A stretch of 64,000 nucleotides of DNA, taken from the NCBI RefSeq assembly GCF_009914755.1, contig NC_060938.1. One strand, written 5' to 3'. This document shows, piece by piece, positions 1-13,169 of the stretch. Source of the stretch: the human T2T-CHM13v2.0 reference genome, Homo sapiens. The notes below the pieces were generated by a model, which ran no database searches, was not told the origin of the DNA, and saw nothing but the letters and a program-made list of their open reading frames with translations. The position numbers and the translations under genes were made by a program. Within the stretch, counting starts at the first letter, position 1, and each line of letters opens with the position of its first letter.

Positions 1-188
1 CTACTTCAGCCTCCCGAGTAGCTGGAACTACAGGCGCCCGCGCCTACACCCAGCTAATTTTTTGTATTTTTAGTAGAGACGGGGTTTCACCGTATTAGCC
101 AGGATGGTCTCGATCTCCTGACCTCGTGATCGCCCGCCTCGGCCTCCCAAAGTGCTGGGATTGCAGGCGTGAGCCACCGCGCCCAGCC
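1..188 (-). mobile_element. AluY (partial, cut by window edge)
   Basis: Reverse Alu with Y-type segments ttagccaggatggtctcgatctcctgacctcgtgat and many retained CpGs; ends gagccaccgcgcccagcc. Confidence 0.9.
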
Positions 189-189
189 C

Positions 190-1983
190 AAAAGTGACCA
201 TTTTCAAATATACCAGAGCATTCTGTTCTTAACAAGACCTGACCTCAAGATGATTTTTTTTTTTATCCTAACTGACTTGGGGGGAAGAAAAATAGCCAAC
301 TCCCATCCCTTCTATCCTGAACTACCTACGGTGCTGAAAAAAAAATACCAATCTGAGAAGCACTTGTGAAGCTCACAATTCAGTAGCACAAGCTCTGTAA
401 ATAACTGAAACCTAATCATGTAATCATACAACACTTCTCTTCCTTCTACATCTCGCCACCACATTACTAAAAGTCTATTTACCAGAGTTCCTTCTACACA
501 GTACATCTTGTCCACCTTTCAACAGCACCAAAAAAATGCAAGGCACACTAAAAGGCAAAAAGCACAGTTTGAGCAGTCATTGCGAGCATCAGAACGAGAC
601 CCAGATACAGCAGGGATGTTGGAATCATCAGAGCATAAATTTTAAAAATAATTATGATTAATAAGCTAAGGGCTGTAATGAGAAAAGTAGACAACATGCA
701 AGAACAGATGAATAATATAAATAGAAAAATAGAACTTCTTAGATAGAAGCAAAAATAAATGCTAGAGATAAAAAACACTGTAATTGAAATGAAGAGACCT
801 TTGATGGGCTTATTAGTAGATTGGACATGGCTGAGAAAAGAATCTCTGAGCTCGAGGATGTGACGATAGAAACTTCTAAAACTGAAAATTAAAAAAAAAT
901 TGAAAAAAGTAGAACACATATCCAAGAACTGTAAAACAACTACAAAAGATGTAATATCCATGTAATGGGAAAACCAGAAGGAAAAGAAATAAAAGGAAAC
1001 AGAAGAAATATTTGAAGCAATAATGACTGAGAATTTCCTCCTGAAATGACACCAAACTACAGATCTAGGAAGCTCAGAGAACATCAGGCAGAATAAATGC
1101 CCAAAACACTACACATAGGAATATTATATTCAAACTACAAAAAAATCAAAGATAGTGAAAAAATCCTAAGAGAAGTTAGAAGAATATGAAACCTTAGTTA
1201 TAGAAGAGCAAAGATAAGAATTATATCTGACTGCTCCTTAAAAACCATGCAAATAGGAAGAAAGTGGAGTAAAATATTTAAGATTTTGAGAGAAAATAAG
1301 CACCAACCTAGAATTCTAAGGTTTGCAAAATTATTCTTCAAAAGTAAAGGGAAAAGTCCACCTCAGAGAGAAGGAATATGTTGCCAGTAAAGCTGTCTTG
1401 CAAGAAATCTTAAAATAAGTTTTCTAAAAGAAGGAAACTGATATTGTTCAAAAACTTAGAACTGTATAAGGAAAGGAAAAACATCAGACAATGAATAAGT
1501 AGAGGCAAAACTAAAATACTTTTCTCATTCTTAATTGATGTAATGGATAACAGTTTGTTCTAAATAATAGCAATAATGCATTTGATAATTACATTGTATA
1601 TATAAGTGAAATGAATGACATCAATGATGTAAAAGACATGAGGAGGAATTAGGGATATTTTGTTTTAATAAAGTACTTGCACTGCCTGTGAAGTGGTATA
1701 GTGTTATTTGACAGCAGACTTTTGTTAGCTGTAAAGGTGTGTTGCAAACTCTAGGACAACCGCTAAAAAAATGTAACAAAAGAAATATTATTGATGTGCT
1801 AAGAAAGAAGATAAAATGGAATCATATAAAATGTTCAGTTTAAATCACAAAAGGCAGAAGAAGAGTAGAACATAAAAAAAGGGGGAAAAGGACAAAGACA
1901 ATAACTAGAAAATGATAGCAAATATGGTAGATATTAATCCAGCTATATCAATAATAGTAGTCTAAATACACTAATCAAGACAG
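190..1983 (+). mobile_element. Old LINE-1 (L1M4/L1MC-like): 5' region, decayed ORF1, inter-ORF spacer, start of ORF2
   Basis: A-rich L1 ORF1-type sequence (aaaagtagacaacatgcaagaacagatg; gagaatttcct; aagataagaattatatctgact). It breaks off at the ORF2 start motif ctaaatacactaatcaagaca and resumes at ~7962. Confidence 0.8.
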
Positions 1984-4900
1984 GAGAGAGAGCCAAGATG
2001 GCTGACTAGACACAGCCAGAAGGAACAACTCTTACCAAAAGACCAGGACATCAGGACGACTGGCACACTTTGAGCAGATCTTCAGAGGGAAAACACTGAG
2101 AGTGGACCAAGGGAGGACACAGACATTGGACTGATGGGAGAGGAAGCTGGGAACCCTGGGGCTGCAAAGCACTGGGACCTACTGCAGGCCTCCAGTGACT
2201 CCTGGGGAAGGAGTGAGTTGAACAGGTGAGGAGTGGCTCACTCTCACCACAGACCTCTGGAATCCTAGCTGCAGAAAGCCCACCATCCACATGGACACTG
2301 GAGCTGGCAGGGAGAGCTGTTTAGAGAGATGGCAGGGGCAGGACTCCAGCCTGTGTGGAACCTATAGGGTTTGGTGCAGGAAGGTCTGCAATGGAGCATG
2401 GCCAAGAATGCTCAACCCCCAACGCTCTCCAAGCTCCTCTAGGTGTCCCTAGCCTTTGAGTGACTGTTGAACCTGGACAGAGCAAGAACATCTTGTCTAT
2501 GAAATGGGGTTCCCTGTTTCCTAGCCTCTCCTGGACAACCAGCCTACCCACCCCCAATTGCAGCACTGCCTTGGATGCACAACCAGGGTGATTCTCAGGT
2601 GCCCTCATCATAGCTCCTTTGCTGGTACCATCCCTGACCATTGGAGAGCTCCAGCTTCTCTGACTCATACACGTCCTGCCCCCACTACAGCCTCCCCTTG
2701 GGTCTTTGCCACATGCACTCACCCATGGTCTTCTCCCACTGCTTTGCAAGTGCATTCATGTAACCAAACCTCACTATCACATCCCCAATGGTATGCATGT
2801 GTGTGCACACCTCACCACTTCACCAACCATCAGAGCAAGTTCATCCTGCCACCCCACCCACCCTTGCTGGCAGTCCACCCCTACTGAGGTGTGGGCAGCC
2901 CACTGCACTGCTTCCACTGCTGCTGCTGGAGTAAGTGCTTGCACAGGTGCTGGAAACTCACCCCTGCTAGCACCCTGCCCAACTGACACACTACCCCCTG
3001 CCAGTGCCCCAGAGTTAGAGCACACAGCTGAACAGCGCTGAGTTGAGCCTTGGTCTCCCGAAATCTTCCAGAATTGAAGATAGTCTACTAAACCCACCTG
3101 ATATCACAGTCAAACTCTCAAGGGCACTAAAAATAAAAGTTAAAAAAAAATCCAAAGGACAGCAACTTCAAAGATAAAAGGACCATCAGCCCACACAGAT
3201 CAGAAAGGTCAGCACAAGAACTCTGGCAACTCAAAAAGCTAGGGTGTTTTCTTGAGTCCAAATGATTTCACTAGCTCCCCAGCAATAGTTCTTAACCAGG
3301 CCAAAATGATAGACATAGAATTTAGAATATGGATAGAAACAAAGATCATCAAGATTCAGGAGAAAGTTGAAACTGAATCCAAGAAATCTAAGGAATAAAT
3401 AAAACAATATTTGAAGATATTGTCCACAAAAATTTCCCCAACCTCAAGAGAGCAGCCAATGTTCAAATTCAGGAAATGCAGAGAACCCCTCCAAGATGCT
3501 ATACAAGGTGACCATCCCCAAGAAACAAAGCCCTCAGATTCTCCAATGTTCATATGAAAGAATAAATATTAAAGACAACTAGAGAGAAAGGGCAAGTCAC
3601 CTACACAGGGAACTCCATCAGGCTAACAGCAGACCTTCCAGCAGAAAACTTACAAGTGAGTAGAGATTGGGGTCCATATTCAGCACTCTTAAAGAAAACA
3701 AACTCCAATGAAGAATTTCATATCTGGCCAAACTAAGCTTCATAAGCAAAGAAGAAATAAGATCCTTTTCAGGCAAGCAAATGCTAGGGTAATGTGTTAC
3801 CACAAGATCTGCCTTACAAGAGGTCATTAAGGGAGTGCTAAATATGGAAACAAAAAACCATCACTAGCAACCACAAAAACACACTTAAGTACATAGATCA
3901 TTGACAATATAAAGCAACTACACAATTAAGTCTGCATCGTAACCAGTAACACCACAATAACAGGATCAAATCCACATGTATCAATATTAACCTTCAATGT
4001 AAATGGGCTAAGTGCCCTAATTAAAAGGCACAGAGTGACAAGTTCGATAAAGAAGCAAGACCCAACTGTATGCTGTCTTCAAGAGATTAATCTCACATTC
4101 AATGACACTCATAGGGTTAAAGTAAAGAAATGGAAAAAAATCTACCAAGCAAACAGACAACAACAAAAATCAGGGGTTGCTATTCTAATTTCAGACAAAA
4201 CAAGACTTTAAACCAACAATGATCAAAAAGATAAGAGCATTACAGAATGGCAAAGGGTTCAACTCAACAGGAAGTCTTAACTATCCTAAATATATATACA
4301 CCCAACACAGGAGCATCCAGATTTATAAAACAAGTTCTTAGAGATTTAAAAGAGCCTTAGATAACCACATGATAATAGTGGGAGACTTCAACACCCCCAT
4401 GGCAGTATTAGATAGATCACTGAGGCAGAGAAACAACAAAGACATTTGGGACCTAAACTTGACACTTGACCAAATGGACCTAAAAGACATCTACAGAACT
4501 CTCCAACCAAAACCAACAGAATATATATTATTCTCATCTGCACATGGCACATACTGTAAAATCAACCACACAATTGGCCATAAAACTATTTTCTGCAAAT
4601 TAAAAAAAAATGAAATTATACCAACAACACTCTTAGATCACAGTGTAATAAAAATAGAAACCAATGCTAAGAATATCACCCAAAGCCATACAATAACATG
4701 GAAATTAAACAACCTGTTCCTGAATGACTTCTGGGTAAATAATGAAATTAAGGCAGAAAGCAAGAAATTCTCTGAAACTAATGAGAACAAAGATACAACA
4801 TGCCAGAATCTGTGGGACACAGCTAAAGTAGTGTTAAGAGGAAAGTTTATAGCATTAAATGCCCACATCAAAAAAGTAGAAAGATCTCAAATTCACAGCC

Positions 4901-7900
4901 TAACACCACACCTTGCCTTACAAGAGGTCTTTAAGGGAGTGTTAAATATGAAAAAAAACCATCACTAGCAACCACAAAAACACACTTAAGTACATAGATC
5001 ATTGAAGAAATCAAGAAAAACAAGAGCAAACTAACCCCAAAGCTAGCAGAAGACAAAAAATAACAAAAATCAGAACTTAACTAAATGAAATTAAGATGTG
5101 AAAAGCCATACAAAAGATCAATGAAACCATAAGTTGGTTATTGAAAGAAAAAATTACATTTATAGACTGCTAGCTAGACTAAAAAGAAAAAAGAGAGAAG
5201 ACCCAAATAAATGCAATCAGAAATGAAAAAGGCGACATTACTACTGACCCCACAAAAATACAAGAAACCTCAGAAGCTGTTACAAACACCTCTATACACA
5301 GAAACTAGAAAACCTACAAGAAATTGATAAATTCCTAGAAATATACAGCCTTCCAAGATTGAACCAAGAAGAAATTGAAACCTGAACACACCAATAATGA
5401 GTTCCAAGATCGAATCAGTAATAAAAATCCTACCAACCAGAAAAAGCCCAGGATCTGACAGTTTCCAGCCAAATTCTACCAGACATATAAAGAAGAGCTG
5501 CCACAGTTCCTGCTGAAACTATTCCCAAAAATTGAGGTAGAGAGCCTCCTTCTCAACTCATCCTATGAGGCCAGCATTATTCTGACACCCAATAGTGGCA
5601 GAGACACAACAAAGAAAGAAATCTTCAAGCCAATATCCCTAATGAACATAGATGCAAAAATCCTCAATATGAAAATCAATAACTGTGATTCATCACATAA
5701 ACAGAAAGAAAAGCAAAAACCATATGATCATCTCAATTGATGAACAAAAGTCTTTAATAAAATTCAACATCTCTTCATGTTAAAAAGCCTCAACATACAA
5801 GAACTGAAGGAATATAGCTCAAAATAAGAGCCATCTATAACAAACCTACAGCCAACATCATACTGAATGGGAAAAAGCTGAAAGCATTTCCCTTGATGAC
5901 CAGAACAAGACAAGGATGCCCACTCTCACCACTCCTATTTAACATAACACTGGAAGTTCTAGCCAGAGCAATCAGCCAAGAGAAAGAAATAAAAGGCATC
6001 CAAATAGGAAGAGAGGAAGTCCAACTCTCTCTGTTTGCAGACTATATGATTTTTTATCTAGAAAATCCCATACACTCTGCCCAAAAGCTTCTAGAGCTGA
6101 TACACAACTTCAGTAAAGTTTCAGCATACAAAATCAATGTACAAACATCAGTAGCATTTCTATAGATCAACAACATCCAAGCTGAGTGCCAAATCAAGAA
6201 AGCAATTCCATTCACAATAGCCATAAAAGTAAATACCTTAGAATATAGCTAACCAGGGAGTTGAACAATCTCTGCAACGAGAATTACAAAACACTGCTGA
6301 ATGAAATCAGGCATGAAACAAACAAATGGAAAAACATTCCATGCTCATGGATAGGAAGCAAGATGTTGTTAAAATGGCCATACTGCCCAAAGCAATTTGT
6401 AGATTCAATGCTATTCCTATCAAACTTCCAATGACATTCTTCACGGAAATAGAAAAAAACTATTCTAAAATTCACGTGGAACCAAAAAAGATCCTGAATA
6501 GCCAAATCGATGCTAAGCAAAAATAACAATGCTTAAGGCACACCACCTTACCCAGCTTCAAACTATACTACAAGGCTGCAGTAACCAAAACAGCATGGCA
6601 CAGGTACAAAAACAGACACATATGCCAATAGAATAGAACAGAGAGCCCAGAAATAAAGCCCCACACCTAGAACCATCTGATCTTCAACAAAGCTGACAGA
6701 GCAAGCAATGGGGAAACGACTCCCTATTTAGTAAATGGTGCTGGAATAACTGGCTAGTGACATATGGAAGATTAAAACTGGACTCCTTCCTTTTACGATA
6801 CTAACAAATCAGCTAAAGATGGATTAAAGACTAAAATGTAACACCTAAAACTATAAAAACCCTTGAAGAAAACCTAAGGAACACTATTCTGGACATAGGC
6901 CCTGGCTAAGATTTCATGACGAAGATGCCAAAAGCAATGAAACAAAAACAAAAATTTACAAATTGGATGTAACTAAGCTAAAGAGCTTCTGCATAGCGAA
7001 AGAAAATATCAACAGAGTAAACAGACAACCCACAGAAAGGGAGAAAATATTTGCAAACTATGCATCTGACAAAGGTTTAATATCCAGATTTATAAGAAAC
7101 TTAAACAAATTAATAATAAAAATCCCCATTAAAAAGTAGGCAAAGGACATGAACAGACACTTCTCGAAAGAAGACATATACATGGTCCAGAAGCATATGA
7201 AAAAATGCTCAACATCACTAATCATTAGAGAAATGAAAATCAAAACCACAATGAGCATCTCACACCAGTCAGAATGGTTATTATTACAAGTCAAAAAATA
7301 ACAGATGCTGGCAAGGTTGAAGAGAAAAGGGAACACTTACACACTCCTGGTGGGAATGTAAATTAGTTCATCCACTGTGGAAAGCAGTTTGGAGATTTCT
7401 CAAAGAACTTACAACTACCATTCAATCCAGCAATCCCATTACTGGGTGTATACCCAAAGGAATATAAATCATTCTACCACAAAGACACATGCACACATAT
7501 GTTATTGCAGCACTATTCACAATAGCAAAGATATGGAATCAACCTAAATTCCCATCAATGGTAGACTGAATAAAGAAAACATGGTATATATACACCATGG
7601 AATGCTATGCAGTCATTAAAAATATGAGATCATGTCCTTCACAGCAACATGAATGAAGCTGGAGGCTGTTATCCTAAGCAAACTAACACAGGAACAGAAA
7701 ATGAAATAGTGCACGTTCTCACTTATAAGTGGGAGCTAAACATTGTGCACACATGGACACAAAGAAGAGGGTAATCAACACTGGGGCCTACTTCAGGGTG
7801 AAGGGAGGGAGGAGGGTAAGGATTGAAAAACTATGAATTGCGTACTATGCTTATTACCTTGATGATGAAACAATCTATACATCAAACCGCTGCAAAATGC

Positions 7901-7961
7901 AATTTACCTGTATAACAAACCTGCACATGTACCCCTGAACCTAAAATAAAATTAATTTAAA
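1984..7961 (+). mobile_element. Near full-length L1PA15/L1PA16-like LINE-1 nested in the older L1
   Basis: 5' end gagccaagatggctgactaga; GC-rich 5'UTR; ORF1 remnant; ORF2 remnants (4369-4968 IIVGDFNTP endonuclease, 5893-6165 [11 protein letters not shown]...LFADYM reverse transcriptase); 3'UTR ending aacctgcacatgtacccctgaacctaaaataaaa; short duplicated aagaca on both flanks. Confidence 0.93.
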
Positions 7962-8985
7962 AAAGACAAGATTGTCAGTGTGGATCAGAAAACAAGACCC
8001 AACTCTATGTTGTTTACGAGAAATCCACTTTAAATATAAAGACATATATGGATTAAAAGTAAATGAATAAAGAGATGTCATACTAACACTAATCAAAAGA
8101 AGAAAACAGGAGTAGTTATATTAATTTCAGACAGAGAAGACTTATGAGCAAGGAAATTATCAGAGATAAAAAAGGGCATTACATAATAATAAGTGGTCAG
8201 TTTTCCAAGAAGACAACACTCCTTAAAGTGTATATACCTAACAACAGACTGTCAAAATATGTGAGGCAAAAACTGATAGAATTGCAGGGAAAAATAGATG
8301 AATGCACTCTTATAGTTGGAAATTTTAACACTCCTCTATCAGAAATGGACAGACCCAGGAGTCAGAAAAATCCCTAAGGACATAGTTGAAATCAACAGCA
8401 TCATGAATCTGCTGGACATCTATAAACTCCTTAATATATCAACAGCAGAATACACATTCTTCTCAAGCTTACATGGAACATCCACCAAGATAGTCCATAT
8501 TCTGGGTCATGAAACATACCTTAAGAAATTTAAAAGAATAGAAATTATATAATGTATTATCTCAGGCTACAGTAAAATATATACTAGAAATCAATAACAG
8601 AAAGATAAGGAAAATTGCAAAGTATTTGGAGGGTAAACAAAACACTCCTAAATAACACATAGACCAAAGAAGAATAGAAATTTAAAAATACTTTTAACTA
8701 AATTGAAATGAAAATACAATTTATCAAAATTTGTGGGATGTAGCATTGAGTGCAGATATTACAAAAGGAGAAGAATCTAGAGATAATAATATAAGCCTCT
8801 GCCTTAGGAAGTGAGAAAGAACAAATTACACCAATGTAAACAGAAGAAAATATGTGATTAAAAAATAGAGCAGAAATCAATGAAATTGAAAACAGTAAAT
8901 CAATCGACCAAATCAACAAAACTAAAAGCTGGCTTTGGGAAAGATATACGAAATGAATAAGCCCCTAACCAAGCTAAGAAAAAGA
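7962..8985 (+). mobile_element. Continuation of old L1M ORF2 (endonuclease region)
   Basis: aagacaagattgtcagtgtggatcagaaaacaagacccaact continues the motif broken at 1983; ORF 8144-8377 contains IVGNFNTPLS. Confidence 0.85.
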
Positions 8986-8994
8986 GAGGCTGTG

Positions 8995-9395
8995 TTATGT
9001 TACCTTTCATATCTAAGTGTATGATACATTTCAAAGCAATTTAGTATATATGCTAAGGTAGGGTTCAAGGTTAGTTTTCTCTATACAGATATTCCAGTTT
9101 ATTCAGTATACTTACTGAAAAGACTATCATTTCCTCCACTGAATTTCGCTGTTGTCTTTGTCATAAATCAAAAGGTTCTATATGTTTGGATCTGTTTCTG
9201 GACTCTACTCTGTTCCATGGACCCATTTGTCTATTGTTGCACCTACATTCTGTCCTGGTTACTGTAGCTTTATGGCACCTGGCACAATATCTGGTACTAT
9301 AAGTATCCAACTTTGTTATTCCTTAAGATTATTATAGTTATTCTACTTCATTTGTATTATATATTTTAGAATCAGCTAGCCAGGTTTTACAAAAA
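8995..9395 (-). mobile_element. Highly diverged L1M (L1ME-like) ORF2 fragment
   Basis: Reverse strand reads ataaagctacagtaaccaggaca...ccatggaacagagtagagtccagaaacagatcc...tgatttatgacaaag, typical of distal ORF2. Confidence 0.7.
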
Positions 9396-10267
9396 CAGCT
9401 TCTTATAAATTTATTAATTAAAATATTAATAAACTAAAAAAAAATTAAAAATTTATTAAGCAGATGATTTTCTATGAGACAAGGGACAGAATGTTTCAGG
9501 TGTGAAAGTAATCATTTACATATTTTGTCATTCACTCTGCAAGCATTATTGAACAGCAATGATTGATGCAAGAATAGTTGAAGGAATTACTTTTCCCAGC
9601 CCCTAGCAAGAGAGAAAAATAAAACAAAAATTCTATTGTTCAGGATCTGATATAGTAATTTGACTTGTATCTTTTTAGTAAGTAGAGGAAATACAGCCCA
9701 GTCCTTTTTCAATTGTACAACAATTTTACACTTGCAAGATAAAATAGCACTGGACTTTTATTTTGCCTAATGGGACCTCAATCTCTAGGTTAAACTTCAA
9801 AAGTACCAATTTCAAAATGTCTAAGACATATTGAAGTATAATTTCATGCTTTAGTAATGTTCAAAAATTTCTAACTTGTCTTAACCCAATATTTTTTATA
9901 ATAAAACAAAAATAAACCATTTCCTTAAAATTTTCAATAATTCTAATATTTTGACCCTGAAATCATGTTGAAAATAGCTCCCAAGGCTAGAAAAGGAAAT
10001 TTTATTTTAAAAAATTATCTTCGTTGACCCTCTTTTGACCAAGAGTTGTCGATTTGGGGGAAGGATAGGAGACAAATATGTTTCTGAACCACGTAAGACC
10101 GATGAGCTCCCCAGCGTGTTTCTTTCTGCATTCTGCATCTTCTCCATCCTTCTATGCATTTAATTTTGTGTTTCATCTGTTGCCTCATAGCCCTTCCTGC
10201 TGCTTCTCTTACTAGAATACTTTCTGCCACACATGGAGGAAATATTTTCCCTTAAGAACCTACCCTT

Positions 10268-10612
10268 CCTGGGTGCCGTGGCTCATGCCTGTAATCACAG
10301 CACTTTGGGGGGCCAAGGCCAGCAGATTGCTTGAGCCCAAGAGTTAGAGACCAGCCTAGGCAACATAGTGAGAACCCATCTCTAACAAGAAAAAGGTACG
10401 CCAGGCATGGTGGGGTCTCTGCCTGTAGTCCCAGCTACTCAGAAGGCTGAGGTGGGAGGACGGCTTGAGCCCAGGAAGCCAAGGTTGCATTCCACTTCAT
10501 GCCAGCCTGGATGACAGAGAGAAACCCTGGATGACAGAGCAAAACCCTTCACACTAGCCTGGGTGACAAAGCAAAACAAACAAACAAACAAACAAACAAA
10601 CAAACAAAAAAA
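10268..10612 (+). mobile_element. AluJ with rearranged 3' end and (CAAA)n tail
   Basis: J-type gattgcttgagcccaagagt and ggaggacggcttgagcccagga; the 3' terminal motif occurs three times; tail (CAAA)n at 10572-10612. Confidence 0.85.
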
Positions 10613-12344
10613 CCCCCTACACTCTCTCCCACCCCACAGAGCCAAGAACTTAGGAAGCCAGTGTCATTGTGTGGGCGGGCTAAGCAATGTGGTTGTCAAC
10701 AGCGAGAAGTTATGAACTCTTACCAGTATCACAGCAGTATCACAGTCCTATTTATCTAATCTCTGCTTTGTGAGAATGTGGAGGAGGTTGCTGAGGAAAT
10801 GAGAGGCAGAGTTGGGAATGAGGGAGAGCTGAGGATGGGGAGGAAGAAAGAAAAAGAACAGTGCCCTGCTATCCTGGGCTTAGCTGCATGGCATCTTGAA
10901 GTGTGTCTAGCCTGGTTAAAATGCAAGAAATATACTTTTTGAAACCTAGCAGCAAAATAAATAGTGCTGTTTCTCTTAATGTGAAGTGTTAGTGATGTAG
11001 AAAAATTATAATTCTCAAAGCCTTCAGACGATAAAATGCAAAAGTCATTCAGTGATCCAAAGACCACACAGCATTAGCAAGTAACCAGATACCTAGTCTT
11101 GAAGAATAATAAAGCATCGTAAAATGGCTTGATAAATCAAGTTCTCAAGTTGCTGTGTTTTTCAAAATCCTTAATTGGGTATTAAAACTCAGTTTTACTT
11201 TCCTTGAATTGACGCTGAATTTTATCTTCAGGAAATAACCTGGAAGACCATTCTTCTTCATTTCCTCCTTTGAATAGATCAAGTTTCAAATCAGGGAAAT
11301 GAAAAGAGAAGAAAAAAATGATGTATGAAGTCAAATGGAAGACTGAACTAAAAATAACTCTTCTAAAATACAAAACAATATGCTAAAATCAGCTAGAATG
11401 GGCTGAAAAATTAGACAAGGAGCAAAATCAAAGCACGAGTTTCATTGTTATGTTCTTTAAGAATGCAAAGTGCTTCTCAAGCACTGGGTATGAAAATGGG
11501 CAGATCTTAGTGCTCTCTAGTTAGAACTCTAAGAATAATGCCTTTTAATAATAATGCCTTGTCATAATATTGCTATACCACAGTATGGTTTTCCCATTTC
11601 CCTTAGACATTAAATATAAGGCTCATTTTGGTATACAGTTGGGAATATTATTAAGGCAAAAATGTTAGAAGCAAGTGTTAAACATTTGAACTCAGAAACT
11701 GCCTACTGCATGTCAAACATCAGTTTGGGTTACCTCCTTTACAAACAAGGCTGTTTCATGAACACTGAATAAGACAGCAAAGCAAATAGGATAAGGAGAA
11801 GAAATGAGGATTTCTTACACATAACAAAAGGGCACATTGCTGAATAAATTAAATGGAACTAAAAAAAGATAAAGATATCAGTGTTTTTAAAGCATAATGC
11901 TAAAAGGCATAAGTAAACAGAACAGAGTAATGCTGATTCGATGGGAATTTACATTCCTTACACTAGCTTGTCATTTATATTCAATTTAAAAATGGGTCAT
12001 CATGTCAGAGCCTGCAATTTATGCCATTAAGGATATTTGAGTACTGACAAAAAAACACTCCTTTTCTCAGGAACTGAGGTCATCTTATACTTTAAAAGGT
12101 GTATCATAGTTGTTGTTTTTAAAATGATATATTACAAATGATTTGCCGTTTTAAATAAAAATTGAGGGAATACAATTATTACCAAGTTCTCCCTAACAAC
12201 TAGTGCTTTAGGACTGCTCAACTAATAGGAAAGAAAAACAAAAACATCACTAGTGGCACTTCACAGAAAGAAAATATAGACATTTTTGTTTTTTAATTCA
12301 AATTGCTCTCAAAACCATAACTGCTTCAATGCAAGAATACCTTC

Positions 12345-12365
12345 TTTTTTTTTTTTTTTTTTTTT
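12345..12365. repeat. poly(T) run
   Basis: 21 consecutive T. Confidence 0.9.
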
Positions 12366-13169
12366 GCCTCAGTTGCTATCAGATAACCTTTCAGTATTTG
12401 GTGCAATGTCTACTTTAGGTAAATGCCTTTTTTTCCCTCCCACACAGGATGTGAGATTCAACTGTTCTCCTTAGTGTGTTCTCTCTGCAATTCCAGACCC
12501 CATGAAATAAATCTCTGAAGCTTGCTTGTCTCCCAAACACTGTGTAAACCCACTGAAAACTTAAGTAATGGAGTAAACAGCTTTCTGTGGCTTCCTGCTT
12601 TTACTGCTTCAGTATTCAAAATCTTTCCTTTGCCAAGATAAATAACACTAACACAATCATAAATGGAGAAAATTTCATGAACATATTAAAATAATCTCAT
12701 GTATTATAAATGTTTTATTTCTAAATTCAGCTCAATTTCCCTGATGCTAATTATCCCCGGAATATTTCCGAATTTGTTTTTTAATTCACTTTTTGGAGCA
12801 ATGGACTATAACTATATTCTAATTGCTTAGAATATTCTGCTTATATATCTCTGATTGTGTGTTTCTAGTTCTTTCAACCTTGATGGTTGTGGTCTTTTTA
12901 TAATCAGTGCAGTAGAAGGAGACAAAAAATATCTGGACTCTGTATGTACAGAATTTGAAGTACAATTGTTTTTCATAAGAAAGCTTTATAGGTTTTTTGG
13001 ACCTACTCCACATAAAGAAAATGGGGTTCACGGAAATTTTATTATTTTTCACATGCTTTTAGCAGTATGTGAGTAAATGGTGTTCAGTACCACAAATGTC
13101 TTCGAGGAAAGCCTTTACTGAGGATTTCATTTTTTCATCCATTGGCAGATAGTCTACCTCCCTTGGATT

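Noticed and set aside
548-1084. 178-aa hydrophobic minus-strand ORF resembling a membrane protein
   Set aside because: It is the antisense of A-rich L1 ORF1; T-rich codons produce F/L/I/S artefactually.
2051-3097. Several 80-144 aa ORFs on both strands
   Set aside because: They fall in the GC-rich L1PA 5'UTR where stop codons are rare; they overlap on both strands and resemble no protein I recognise.
4369-6526. Endonuclease and reverse-transcriptase ORFs as a functional gene or novel RT system
   Set aside because: These are fragments of L1 ORF2 broken by stops, frameshifts and deletions; an ordinary dead LINE-1.
10015-10230. 71-aa minus-strand ORF with a few CpGs
   Set aside because: Non-ATG start, no splice context and no recognisable homology.
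11182-11373. Minus-strand ORF preceded by a pyrimidine tract (GNEEEWSSRLFPEDKIQRQFKE)
   Set aside because: The nearest AG is separated from the tract, the donors are weak (gtaaaa/gttatt) and the peptide is not recognised.
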